Origin: Callorhinchus milii
Taxonomy: Eukaryota
Direction of reading: 5' to 3'
Length of the DNA stretch: 64,000 bases
NCBI RefSeq assembly: GCF_018977255.1
Contig: NW_024704742.1
Coordinates: 89,034,001 to 89,098,000 of the forward strand
A model generated the notes under the pieces. The model made no database searches and was not told the DNA's origin. It was given only the letters and a program-made list of their open reading frames with translations. Shown one piece after another: positions 1-12,629 of this stretch (the first letter of the stretch is position 1; each line of letters starts with the position of its first letter). A program made the translations under genes and the position numbers.

Positions 1-232
1 ACTTACCCGTGAGGGTTCAAACCGGTACTTGCTGAATGTCAAATGACCATGGAGTCATTATCCTCCTTGGGTGAGAGAGGGGGTCAGCTCCTGTTAACCC
101 TGCAAAGCCAAAGTCCTTAGAGGTAGGGTGGACCTAGCTGCACAATCAGCAAACCCTAACCCTAATTTGTAGCTTTCCAGACAACGATATCAATGGCAAG
201 CTATTTGGTTTTAGTTGATTAGACTTCAGAGG

Positions 233-468
233 ACAAAACACAAAATACTGCAGATGCTGGAATCTGAAACAAAAGCAGAGAGAGCTGGGAAAACTCAGCA
301 GGTCAGGCAGCATCTATGGAGAAAGGAAAGTGAGTCAACATTTCAGGTCCACGACCCTTCGCCAGTTCTGACGAAAGGTCGTGGACCCGAAACGTTGACT
401 CACTTTCCTTTCTCCATAGATGCTGCCTGACCTGCTGAGTGTTCCCAGCTCTCTTTGTTTTTGTTTTG
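233..468 (-). mobile_element. Non-autonomous Penelope-like inverted-repeat element with hammerhead motif
   Basis: ~100 bp inverted arms centred near 366 plus an unpaired ~35 bp extension on the left; flanking duplication GACTTCAGAGG (222-232) / GACTCCAGAGG (469-479). Confidence 0.8.
364..400 (+). ncRNA. Minimal type I hammerhead ribozyme motif
   Basis: AGTT-CTGACGA-A-AGGTC-GTG-GACCC-GAAA-CGTT-GACT: CUGANGA and GAAA cores, stem II hairpin, 4 bp stem I, palindromic ACGT helix III, GUU cleavage triplet. Confidence 0.7.
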
Positions 469-1349
469 GACTCCAGAGGTATCGCAACCCACACGCTAAG
501 GTCCCCAAGCCCTGACTCTTGCCAAGCTGTGTCTAATACTCTCCAGAATTAGAAAAGCATTCTCTTTCCAGGGAGAGAATATGCATTTCATTCTAATAAA
601 TAGCTATAATTTCCATGTATAGGTGGGATGCACTGGAACTCAGTTTGGTTTGATCATGGTGATTGGTTTCTGCATGTGTCAGACACCAAGCTGATGAAAA
701 AAAAAGTAACATTTAGCTGGCTAAATATAAGTATGATCCATGCTAAAATGGAATTCATTTATTCATGTAACAATCTAAACATGTTTTAAATGATAATATC
801 TGATATTGTCATTTACTTTACATAGAACTTTCTTAGTTTATGACTTTTTGTATGACTTAAATAATTGGATTCAGTCACTTACGGCAAATCAGAATTCCAC
901 TGCTGTTATATGACTCACTCACTGCAGGCTGATATTGTGTGGCTCATATTTTCCCTTCTCAGATGTCCACCTCCAGTCAGTGGGATGTGCCCTTTATTCT
1001 GTGATTCATCAAAGGAAATAATTACATTCATTCTCCCTGAATCTTTGCTAAGGAAACCAGTTTAAGCTTCCTTTTCTGGTCATGTCATCATTTCTCACGA
1101 CACATCATTATTTGTCTGGAGCAGTTATATCCTTTGATGTGAAATATGAATTTTAATTCTCTACTTGGCTTTTATTTATTTTTAAAGTTATTTATATAAT
1201 AATAAAACTACAATAATCCTTTATTTTGGTATAGCCCTCAAAGTCAAGATTGTCTCAAAACGCCTCGCAATGTTTCTGTCAAGTGTAGTGACTGTATTTT
1301 GTAAGCTAAAAGAAGTATTTTCTTGATTAGAGAAAGTAATGATGGCAGC

Positions 1350-1670
1350 ATAGCCAGCCTCACTCATTGGCAGGACTTAGAAGGGCAAACTATTAATAGG
1401 ATCAGTGATTCTTCCCACTCAGTTCTCGATTACCCTGCAAACCAAAGCCTTGATGAGCAGAATGGTCATAGGTAGACAATCTGTGGAAACACTTGGCAGA
1501 TAATGCTTTCATTGGCAAGCTATGTGGTTTTGGCTGGTCAGACGCCAGCAATACCCCAATGCACACACTGGAGTTCCCCAAGCCTTGGTTCTTACCAACC
1601 TGCACCTAATACTCCAGAATTAGGTAAACAGGGTGCGTCCTTCCAAGTATTTTGTTCCAAATACAGAGAC
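1350..1670 (+). mobile_element. Family X retroposon fragment
   Basis: CCCTGCAAACCAAAGCC, CCCCAAGCCTTGGTTCTTACCAACCTGCACCTAATACTCCAGAATTAGGTAAACAGGGTGCGTCC match other copies. Confidence 0.65.
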
Positions 1671-3539
1671 AGTTCCATATTTTGGTCTACGAGAGCAGGG
1701 ATTTCAGTCCTTCTTGGCAGATCAAGCCTGGTACAGGAAGGTTAAACCAAAAGCAGAATATAATGTAGGGCCTGAAATGCACATATTTAAATGACTTCCC
1801 TCACAGTCACAAAAATTGGCAATGCTAAGACCCTGAGATTAAAAAAAACACTTTTCTGGAAAGGTTTGCCAACTTCTAGGAATTCCTTAAGTTATTCATA
1901 AAGTAACTTGAGGAATGCATTATATTTACCCCTAAGTTTCTACACATATGCATTCAGTAAAGAGGGTCAATTAGCAGAGGGAGAAGTAAACAGAAATACC
2001 TCTACTCTCACCGACTCCTTTGTTTCCTCCCTGCATCTAGTGATCTGGAAGAGAGTCAGCAATGTTCAGCACACATGTCTTTATTACAACTATAATAATG
2101 ATATTCCTTGCATTTCATTTAGCAGTTTATCACATCTTTGCAATTCAGAGATGCTGCCACCTCTTTCATGAGGAAAACTTACACAAGATTTTACAGTTTT
2201 CTACAAATGTATCCCAATGACTGAATAATAAATCACAATTAAATTATTCCACCATTTGCATGTTCTTACCTTGGACCAAACCAATAAAGCCTTAACACGC
2301 CTCTTGAATTGCTTCATTTCACTTTATCTTTATCACCGTCAGCTTTGTCACTTGTTTCAAGCCTTTTCACTGTGTGTATGCCATTAGAGAGTAAAGCAAT
2401 TTGGCAGTGGCAACAAAATGTAAGGATGATTACAACTGCAGCCTTTTATGGGATGCAGCACCCATTGATTTAGGGCAGACAGCTCTGTACTCCAATCTTG
2501 ATGTCTTTTATGCTAGAGCTGTAATCTTCTTTGACGTTTCATCTCCTCTTACAATCTCCTCTCTTTGCTTTGCTTCTTTTTTGGGGCTCACAACAAAGAA
2601 GCTCTTTTTTGTCCTCTCTGTCTTCCAAAAGAGCAGACTGAGACATCAGATAGAATTAGTGACACTGTTTTCACAGGCTCGAATTAATCAAATGCACACA
2701 CAACACATACAGAAGTGCACTTTTGTTGTAAAGCAACGCACCATGAAAGCAATTGTTTTCAGAGAAAAAGAGAAGAGAGAGAAGAGAAGATTAGTTACCT
2801 GAAATATGTTAGGTAATTCTAGTGGGACATGAATGTTTAAAGTTCTAGAGAATGAGAGGCATTGTTTGGGGGTTGTGAAGAAGTCAAGTGAAGAATAAAA
2901 AGTTCAAGGTGCCTTAACTGATGAGCGAGTCCTTTCCACTGTTAAAGCCATGTTCAACAATGGGATAGAAATTCAACAGCAACTTACATATACCCTTCAC
3001 CTGGGTAGCGTCTCAGAGAGCTTAACAGTGGGGAGCTTGACGCAAAGGTCTTCGGTCAGAGCACCCATAATTTAGCAGATTGTTTGGTCTGAACTCTGAA
3101 CTTACCTTGAAATAAGTTACAGGAAACCGGATATAAAAGTTTAGAATGTGTTTCACAAATTGCCAAATTCTGGCTGCTCCCAAATGCTCCACAAATAGAG
3201 GAAATATGTATCTAGGTGGAATTTTCTACCTCCATATAAGACAAACACTACAAATGATTGAAGCTGTCCTTTGCTAGGTGTACATTCTATGTGACATTTC
3301 TGACGTGTCCATCAGGCATTAAAAGTGACTGTAGTTTGAAAGGGTAATTCTCAAGACAAGTTTGTAAAATTCCCACAAGATTAACACTTCTTAAATTGAA
3401 GTTTTGAATGTTTGTAAATGTTCCATTTTAATACTTTTATTCCGAAGACTAAATTGAGGGGTGCGGAGGGGGATGTGTGCGTGAAATTCAGGGTGCCGGG
3501 TGGTGGGTGGGGCGGAGCTCACACATAGACAGGGCCGTA

Positions 3540-3750
3540 TTGGAATCAAGATTCTCCCAGTCTCCTGGCTAATAATCCTGAAATAAAATTGATCATTCAC
3601 TTCATGGCTGTTTGTAGGACATTACTGTACACAAATTGGCTGCCACGTTTACCTATAAAACACTACACTTTACAGTGAATACCGTGAGGCAGTTTGGGAC
3701 TCCTCCCGATATGAAATCCTTTGCAAATGTCAGGATTATTGTTATTATAC
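3540..3750 (+). mobile_element. Deu-domain SINE, 3' fragment
   Basis: ATGGCTGTTTGTAGGACATTACTGT..AAATTGGCTGCCACGTT block and GGATTATT tail. Confidence 0.6.
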
Positions 3751-4479
3751 TGTACTGTAACAGTGAGTCCTTACAGGAAACCAAAAGGGCATTTTCAATA
3801 AGCCACCAACGACTTGTCTATTTTAGATCGATGACACATGTCTAATTACTCCTTCTGTAAGGAAGACTAGGCACAAGGCACTTCCTGGATATTAATGCCT
3901 ACTTTCCTGTCAGCATAAATTGGGAAAAGAAAGCACAGCAATAGATTGAACAAATATGGTATAAACATAATAATGTCACCCATTTGTGGTGATAATTGCT
4001 CAATAATGAAAACTGTTCCATCACTTAACCTGCTGTAATCAAAATTGGCCAAAGTTTTTCAAATGTTCTAAGATTATAATATATTAGTTAAAATCGGTTT
4101 TCTAGAATAGCACCGGTAATTCCAGTAACATAGGTTAAAGCTTTCATTTTTTAAAATTAATATTTCTTCACCTTGATTACAATTGAGGAAGTTAATCCTA
4201 CAACTCTGAGTAAAGAAATTTCACCACTAACAGATCTAGCTCTATTTTGTGGATTATATCCTCTTGTTCTGGATTCTGCAACTATAGGAAAGAATTGTTT
4301 CTGTCCCCCACCAATACGTGGACTAGTATCTACTGCACAAAATCCTTCACTCTCACAATACATTCCCATCTATTAAGAGGTATGATAAGTTTTTGAACAG
4401 AATATTTGGTTTTATTTGTTTGTTTGCTTAATATTGATCTCATGCTGCCCATGATTATGACGAATGATACACGTCGAGG

Positions 4480-4840
4480 TGGGAGCACGCTCAACGCAGA
4501 GTTAGAAGGTTGCAGTTTCAAACCCCACTTTGGAATTTGAGCTCACAGTCAAGGCTGATAATCCAATGTGCTGGGGGCGTACTGCATCGTTTGGAAGTCC
4601 CTACCGGATGAGAATTTAAACCGAGATCTTGTCTGCCTGTTCAGGCGGATGCTAAAGATTCCATGGCACTAGTCACGAAGAGAAGGGAGTTTTCCCCAGT
4701 GTCCTGGCCTACAATCTCCCCCCCCCCAAAAAAAATGGATCTGATGGCTGTTTGTGAGACATTGCCGTGTGCAAATTGTCGACAAATCCACAGACACTAC
4801 AGTCACTACACTTTACAATAAAATCCTGCGAAGCACTTTG
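4480..4840 (+). mobile_element. Deu-domain SINE (SacSINE1/AmnSINE1-like)
   Basis: Degenerate tRNA-like head followed by GGATGAGAATTTAAACCGAGATCTTGTCTGCCTGTTCAGGCGGATGCTAAAGATTCCATGGCACTA..GGGAGTTTTCCCCAGTGTCCTGGCC, the Deu core as I recall it. Confidence 0.7.
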
Positions 4841-5734
4841 TTACATTTTTCTCCTTCTTGCCTTTCCTTGTCCTGCAATATTTAGGGTAAGCATTTGTGG
4901 CGAAGATTTGCTGCCACATTTGCCTGTGTAATGGCATTCACTTTCAAGTTTATTTTGTGAACACTTTGAGAGTTATTTTAACGTGAAAGATGGCATTATT
5001 CATGCTAATTATTACTATGATAAGTTGTTAGGAAACCTCTAGTAATTGCTGTTGTCCTTGTAGTGATATGCACTGTCACACATATCTGAAAGTTATCCGG
5101 AATAGTTCTTGCAGCCTTACATTAACTTCCGGACACTAGTAAGGGTATCCCTTGTGGTAAACCGCACTGGTTTTCTTCACACAAATGCAGACAATTTTAA
5201 TAGGAGGTTTTTTATAGTGCAACTCTAGCAGGCTTTGTGACATTTATAAATGCCTTCTCATTGATAGGAGATAATGGCAATAATTTCTAGTCAACTGTCT
5301 CAATAATACGGTCCATGATTCCATCGAGTCCTGTCAAACCCTCGTGCTTTACAAGTCACCAGACAAGCAGGGCCACCAAAAAAATCTGCCAGGGTACATT
5401 TAGTACTTTTACTTATAAAAACTGATATTTAGGCTTGAAGAAATAGAGCATTTATCCTGGTTTCCGTCAATATTTCAGGCTGCACCAATTTGAAGTGATC
5501 AATGCCTACCTCTGTGTGCACATTGTATACTACAATCAGTCTTGACCCACAGACAATGGGGATTAGACAGAAACTGAAAGGTTCCATTAACTCCTAAAAT
5601 ATATCAAAGTGCTCTTAAAACTCAGACCTGACATTTAGTTAACCACTCCTCTGCCATCGTAAAACTATTGTTGAATCTGTCACTCTTTGATAATCCCATC
5701 GGGGTCAAAATTGTAGTACTCATAAGAACATAGT

Positions 5735-6455
5735 ACTCCTAGAGCACTCGCCTCGCAAGCGAGAGGACTTGGGTTTGCTTCCTGGGCAGGACAAAACGTT
5801 AGGCAAGTTTCCTTACGTAACAAAAACAGAAGTCACTGGGTACACTCAGCAGGTCAGGCAGCATCTATCGAGAAAGGAAAGTGAGTAAATGTTTTAGGTC
5901 CACGACCCTTCATCAGAACTGGGGCATGCTGGGCTGGCAGGGAGAGGCTTTTAAAGGCTTACAGAACTGTTACCCCTTAAAAGCCGAACATAATTGTTAG
6001 CCCTTAAAAGCCTCTCCCTCCCAACATGCCCCATTTCTGACAAAGGGTCGTGGACCCGAAACGTTGTCTCACTTTCCTTTCTCCATAGATGCTGCCTGAC
6101 CTGCTGAGTGTTCCCAGGGACTTCTGTTTCTCTTTTCAGATTTTCAGCATCTGCAGTATTTTGCGTTTTGTTTCCTTACCTGACTCTGTTTACCTAGCAG
6201 TAAGTAGAAACCCGATTGTTAGTCGATTGATGAATGGCTTTTCTGGGGGCAATAATCCCTTCTAAAAATAAATAAAAATAATAATTTGGTCATTCAATCC
6301 ACGACTGTCTGTGGGACATTGCTGTGCGCAATTGGCTGCCACATTTCACCCACAAAATATACAGTCAATTCACTATAAAGAATATTCTGTGAAGCACTTG
6401 CAAATGTCTCAAAGACATGATAGGTTACTATACCAAATGCAAGGATTATTATTAT
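5735..6455 (+). mobile_element. tRNA-derived SINE split by a Penelope-type insertion
   Basis: AGAGCACTCGCCTCGCAAGCGAGAGGACTTGGGTTTG head, resuming at ~6180 with CTGTTTACCTAGCAGTAAGTAG and ending in GCAAGGATTATTATTATT. Confidence 0.75.
5817..6169 (+). mobile_element. Penelope-like inverted-repeat element with extended inner palindrome
   Basis: Arms 5820-5920 and 6035-6135, right-side ~35 bp tail, exact 10 bp TSD GTTTCCTTAC (5807-5816 / 6170-6179); CTGATGA-GGGTC..GACCT-AAAAC on the minus arm and CTGACAA-GGGTC..GACCC-GAAAC on the plus arm. Confidence 0.8.
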
Positions 6456-6679
6456 TTTCCTGTTAATAATAATCCTTATATTTGATATAGCATCTTTCAC
6501 ATTTGCCTTAAGTTTTCTCTTTGACCTGCTTTCTGCCACCCCCACTTCCACCACACCAGGCTCAGGTGCAAAACTTGGATGATTCAGCACCTTGGGATAT
6601 TTCCTGGAATGAAAGACACTGTTTGAATGTAAATTTGTATTTTTCCTGCCATAAAAACATGCTTAATCTGTTAGGGAAT

Positions 6680-7240
6680 GGACTTTGAGGAAGGCATAGG
6701 ATGGAATAAATTGAAGGGACTCTGGAATTCAAGAGTGAGGGCAGATAGGCTGAATGCCTGACCGCGATGGTGGGGCAAGTGGAGTGGGGGCACTGGAAGC
6801 AGGCTGGATAGTGGATCTACATTTGAGAAGATGACAGAGGTATATTTGAGAAGATGGCAGGAGTAGGGTGTCCACTGACATGTGGAAACTCCTCCTTGGA
6901 AGTAAATCCCAAAGCAAAGTGGAAGCAACTATCATTTGCACAACTCAGAGTCCTGATTAAGGAATTCTGTTAAACTGAAGTTTGACTCCAGTATTGTTAT
7001 TCAGTGGGAATTTTTCAAACAAGCATTTTTCAGGAACAACTACAACTTACATTTATATAGCAGGGGAATAGTGTCTCGGAAAGGCTTAACAGTGGCAGAG
7101 CTTGGCGCCGAGCTGGGGAGAGAGGAGAGGTGACTGAAGGTATGGTCAAAGATTAGGCCTTTAGGTGTGATCTGAAGATGGACAAGGAGGGGCAAGGCAG
7201 AGGAATTGAAACAAAGAGCTCCAGATTCTCAGGACAACCT
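6680..7240 (-). mobile_element. Degenerate L2 3' fragments (two pieces, ~6680-6850 and ~7035-7240)
   Basis: Reverse complement gives CCACCATCGCGGTCAGGCATTCAGCC and a TATATAAATGTAAGTTGTAGTTGTT tail like other L2 copies. Confidence 0.5.
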
Positions 7241-8794
7241 CTAATATTCAGATGCTTCAAATCAGAACCTAAAGTTAAAAAAAAGCTCATAGATTTCAGT
7301 TCAAAGATAAATAGAAGAACTATCAGTTACAGAATTTTTTTTGTAGTTTGTTCAGATAAGCGTTAAAGATCCATTACATGACAACAACAACAACTTGGAT
7401 TTATATAGCGCCCTCCATGCTGGACAGCGTCTCAGAGCACTTAATTAGCTCTATTCAAAAAAAAGAGAAGTGAGTTTCATCCAATACCAATCCCCTAAAT
7501 AAAGTTGATCTTTCACTTTATGGCTGTTCATGGGAAATTGATGTGCACAAATTGGCTGCCTTGTTTGCATACAGTTATTACATTTCATGGTAAAGTTCTA
7601 TAAAGCTCTTTGAGATGGCTCGATGACATGATGCCTTTGCTATATCAAATGCAAAGAATTAGATTTTTTTACTGCAATAAAATCAAGTGGGAGAATCTGC
7701 CTGCCATTCTGCTATTCCCTTGTACTTAAGACTTAGGAGAAACCTGAAGTTGCAGAAATTAATTTTCCTGATACAGCAACCAAAATAAGCGCTGAAAATT
7801 CTCAGAGGATAAACAAGTCAGCACATTTTTCTTCTCCATTGTATATGGTTTGCAGAATTTTCTTAAAGGGCACCGAGTTTTAAATCCCATAAATCCAAAT
7901 GGAGACATTTCTATTTCAGCATCTCATCTGATGTCCATTCCAATTTAAATTCATAAATACTTCCCTGTCACGAGAATGCCAATCACAGTTATTTATTTGC
8001 GGCTACATATGTCTCCAAATGATCCTTTTGCCTTTCAGACTAACTGAGCAATTCTTCAGAGGCACAAACAGATATGCTTGATGGCTGCCAGGCACTGTGA
8101 TAGAAGCATACGATGATGTCTCCTGCTCTCTACCTAATGCCGACTTATTAGTGGTTTGCCCGAGAGCTGATGAAATTCTTCCAACCACAGTACTCTGATT
8201 CAAGCAACATGCAATACCACAGTTCGAATGTGTGGTGTCTGCTTGAGGGTTTAACTTTCACCTCCACCGGTAACAAAACTGCAGGTAGAGGGACAAATAG
8301 TGTGTAATCAGCAAGAGAGCAGGGATGTGAGCTCGATGATATCACTCCAGTCAGACCACTGCGCGAACCATCTTTTCCTTCAAAATGAATGGAAATTACT
8401 AAATCACTGCTGAGCTTGCCATTATCACCCGTTTGTCACATTAAACCACACTTTAACTTGCCAAGAACATATTATTGGGGAAACAAAAATGCTTCCAATG
8501 CAAGACTGTATCAGCTCTAATTATAGCGAATATAACTTGGAACGACAACTGTGTGATTTAGATATTCCAGCTAATCTGGGGAGCCTTTAGCCTGCATGAA
8601 AACAGGGCAATGAAAATACTAACTGGCAGCAAGGGGAGGATACAGAGTGCCACAATATTTAAATGTCACAATGCAGAGTGACCCCATTATAAGATTGAGC
8701 ATGAGTGCACTTAGAATGCAGGCATCCTATGGTTCCCCGATGTGCAGTATACTTCTGTCTTCCGATGTGACCTGGCCATCTTCCCTTCCTTACA

Positions 8795-9697
8795 TGTGCC
8801 TCCACCGTCAACTCCAGGACTACTGGCACCCTGATATCAAGTCCTGGATGAGGGACAACTTTCTCCAGCTGAATGTCAGCAGGACTGAGGCCCTCCAGAG
8901 TGGCTCGCGCTAGTGCCTCCGCACCTCGGGCGCTGGCAGCATCAGCCTCCATGGCTGCACACTCAACTCACTAAGCCAGTCAGGATCCTGGGTGTCTTGT
9001 TTGACCCTGAACTGTCCGCTCTCCCCCACATCCGCACCATGACCGACACTGCCTACCACCAACTCCGCAACATTGCCAGACTCCGCCACTGCCTCACCCA
9101 TCAGGGTGCTGAAACCTTTACCCACATTCGGCACATCAAAGCTCGATTATGGAAATTCCCTCCTCATCGGCCTTCCCAACTCTTCCCTTCACAAGCTGCA
9201 GATCATCCAAAACTCTGCAGCTCGTGTACTCTCACACACCAGTGTGCAGGACCCCATCACTCCCACCCTCGCCCGACTCCACTGGCTCCCCATCCCTCAG
9301 AGGATTGAATTCAAGATCCTCGTCCACACTTTCAAGGCCACCCATGGCCTTGCCCCCTCCTACCTCTCTGAACTCCCTGCCAATCTGCCCAATCAATGTC
9401 TCCCGCCCGACCCGCCCTACCATCGGTGGCCGGTCTTTCAGCCTCTCTGCCCCCACACTCTGGAACTCCCTCCCACAGTCCCTTTGCCTTGCTTCCTCCC
9501 TTCCCTCCTTCAAGGCCAGTCTCAAGACCCAATCGAAGGATTGTGCCTTCCGTCACTCTCCCACCTCTCTGCCTTCCCTCAGCCCTACCCCACCCCTCCC
9601 CCATGCTCAGGTCCTGACCCCTGACTGTTCAGCGCCTTGGGATGTCCTCCCGACGTGAAAGGGTCTCTATACATGTAATTTTGTTGTTGTTGTTGAT
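8795..9697 (+). mobile_element. L2 LINE, 5'-truncated (ORF2 C-terminus and 3' UTR)
   Basis: [57 protein letters not shown]; 3' stem-loop and (TTG)n tail; frameshifted. Confidence 0.9.
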
Positions 9698-9944
9698 GTC
9701 CAGGAAGCCAACTATCCCACGCAGGGAACTGAAGGTGATGCCACCGGTGACTTGTCAACTTGGAAGCAGGACTGGCAGCCATTTCTTCCGCAGACCCAAT
9801 ATAATGCAGCAGCTACTTTTATGAACCCAAAGCATAACTGGGTCAGTCTGTACATTGAAGAGACAGATTCACAAATTGGCGTAAAGTTGGAGCATTTTAT
9901 AACTCATTCCAAGTCCACCCTCTATGGTGGTCTCAAGTCCATTT

Positions 9945-10330
9945 ACTGAACCAGGTGGGACTTGAAGGGCAGATATATCACTGGGTGGCAGGGGGTGGGG
10001 GGCAAAGATTCTTCCCACTGAGCTCTGGTTAACCCTCCAAACCAAAGTCCTTATGCATAAGGTGGTCCAAGCTGGACAAGCATTGACAGGTAAAGCAGTT
10101 TTAGCTGATTAAATCCAGCGGTACCCCAACACAAACTCTGGGATCCTTGAGCCTTGGCTGTAGCCAGCCTATCCCTAATATTCTCCAGAATTAGGTAAGC
10201 AGAGGTGCATCCCTCTAGGGAGAGTGTACATTCTGTTCCAAACACAGATAATTACCATTTGTAGGTATCTTACACATGTGGAACTCTTAAGCATGGTGAA
10301 GGGTTTTCTGCATGTATCAGATGCAAAAAT
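9945..10330 (+). mobile_element. Family X retroposon
   Basis: CCAAAGTCCTTATGCATAAGGTGGTCCAAGCTGGAC and CCTAATATTCTCCAGAATTAGGTAAGCAGAGGTGCATCCCTC blocks. Confidence 0.65.
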
Positions 10331-12179
10331 ATAGCATCATGTTTGGATTGTGATACTTTGCTAGTATTAGGTGTAAAGTGAGGTTTTTGTTATTAATAGT
10401 GGTAGAGTTTCTGTTCTGTCATTGAACCAGAAGACAAAAACATACAAAGCAATTTACACAGCCATGAAGGAGCTGTTTGGTGAATGTACGTTTTGCTCAT
10501 TGTCAAAGCGCTAACCAGTTTCGGTTGATCAAAACAATTATAATTTTTTTTAACGCTGAGAAAATAGCATCGTCTCACACATCTATACCCAGACAGTGTT
10601 TTCCATTAATGTGTTCACATGTAACTTGATGTTGCCAGTAACGGAAGAATTCAGCACACAATGACACACACAAGCACACACACCAAATGATGAATTAAAT
10701 TAAAAATTATAGCCCTGAGTTGCCCACAACAAGACTCTTCATTAAAAGATCCTTATTTTAATTTTTATTTACGAGCTGGCATCACAAAAGGCACAATTTG
10801 TATGCATCCTAGGCAGTCATTGATTTCTCTCCCTCATTTTATCAAAGTACTATTTATGAGGCTATAAAAAAGATGAGTTTCTGTGAAGAGTCTGCAAATG
10901 AAACTTTTTAAAGTTTAATGATGGCACAAAAGAATAATTACAGTTATAAAGCATTAAACATTTAGGCGAAATTTGTAGCAACCGAGCAGAAAATATACAG
11001 CCTGAAATTCATACCGTCAGTCGCTCTGCAAAATGAGTTTTCAAATTGAAATTTGCTTTTAAAGTCTCAAATACGCGTGCAAATGTAATTTTTTTTGTGG
11101 ATTAACTGTTTTCTGATATCAAACATTCATGCATTCTCTTTCTGTAAAATTAATTCAGTCAGCAAATTTATTTGCTCTAGGCAAAGACATGCACTTACAG
11201 ATAGATATCTGCGCACAAACAAAATTACATTTAAATTGCTATAAAGATGTAGATTTTGTATGCCTGCATTGTATTGTTATTTGCATCGTTTTAAATGCCA
11301 CACACAAGGTTTACTAACAATGCTTTGTTTTCTAATTATATTTCCGCAAAATGCAATTAGCTAACTAAAAATTTGTGCTGGGTCAAATCCAATCAATGCA
11401 CAGTTTTAATGTGGGTTAATTATTCTGTTTTGTTTCTATTCACTTCATTGCTTTATCCCCACTTTTAGGCTCTGAATTTCCTATAGCCTCCTCTTGTCAC
11501 TCCAGCTCCCTGCATAAGTTGAGTGGACAGGGCTTTAGATGCTCTTCATCTTTTTTCTGCACCTGTCAAGTTTTCTGACCACCTAAATCTATTTACCAGT
11601 CTGCGGATTTTCAGCGGTTATACCATCATGGAGAATACCCCATTTGATCTAATACAGCCTTGGGTAGACAAGTGACAATCTGTTGTGTGAAAGGCGATAT
11701 TACAAAGAATAACACGATCATAGGAGACCCCCAAGGGAGATTTGAATAAAGAAGGCCATTTGGCCCATTGGATCTCATTCTTCCACTCTACTGTCCTCAT
11801 GCTATGGCACTGAGCAGTTTCCCAAATGACTTCCTTGTCCTGGCTTCTATCAACCATCTTGGAGCAAAATGAGGATGAATTGCTTTCACAGAACTGGCTA
11901 TGGATGAAACCAAGGGAGTGGAAATAGATATTCATAGTTTGTGTACTTGCTGAGTATATTGTAACATGGACGAGGGTCAGATCCGAGACAGAACCGAACG
12001 TGCACATTTAGACATTGCTCCGAAATTGAGTTTTTTTTATAACATTGAGAGATGGTTGTTCAACCCCCAGTGTCTCTGGTGATACACAAAATTTTTTGAC
12101 CTGCAACAAATCCTAGGGTTGCAGCATCTAGTGATATAACCCTACACACCCTCTCTGCAAACGTTAATAAAATAAGAAT

Positions 12180-12490
12180 AGAGATCCTTGCATTTGATAT
12201 TGTGCCTTATCACGTCTTCGAGACATCTCAAAGTGCTTCATAGAATATACTGTAAAGTAAATTTGACTGCATATTTTGAGAGCGAAACGTGGCAGTCAAT
12301 TGCACACAGCAGTGTCCCACAGTTGTGGATTGAGGCCCAAATTATTATCTTTTTTTGAAGGGATTATAACCCCCGGAAAAGCATTCGACTAACAAACAGG
12401 TTCCTACTTATTGCTCGGTAAACAGAGGCGTGTGGAGTAAGGAAACATGCCCAATGTTTTGCCCTGCCAGGAATCAAACCCAGGTCCACA
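12180..12490 (-). mobile_element. tRNA-derived SINE with L2-type tail
   Basis: Reverse complement matches the 20625 and 58518 copies (GGGCATGTTTCCTTACTCCACACGCCTCTGTTTAC; TATCAAATGCAAGGAT). Confidence 0.75.
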
Positions 12491-12629
12491 TGGTGGGAAT
12501 ACACCCCGAGTATAAACCTTGGGATTAGAGTGACCTTTATGTCCAACCACCTGGAAACTAAAAAAAATCCTTGGGCTCAATTATTATGCCAGGAGATTGG
12601 AGTGGAATTATTGTAACACCTCTGCTTAA

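Larger units (their letters stand above)
85..705 (+). mobile_element. Unclassified structured retroposon (family X), interrupted by a Penelope-type element at 233-468
   Basis: Shares CCTGCAA(A)GCCAAAG..TAGGGT, CCCCAAG..CTCTTGCCAA, CTAATACTCTCCAGAATTAG and CATGGTGAT.GGTTTC blocks with copies at 1.4k, 10k, 20k, 48-49k and 50.1k; ends in an A run near 697-705. Confidence 0.65.

Noticed and set aside
215..494. Near-identical peptides on both strands, also at 32427-32717
   Set aside because: Consequence of the palindromic Penelope-type element; no sign of a real protein
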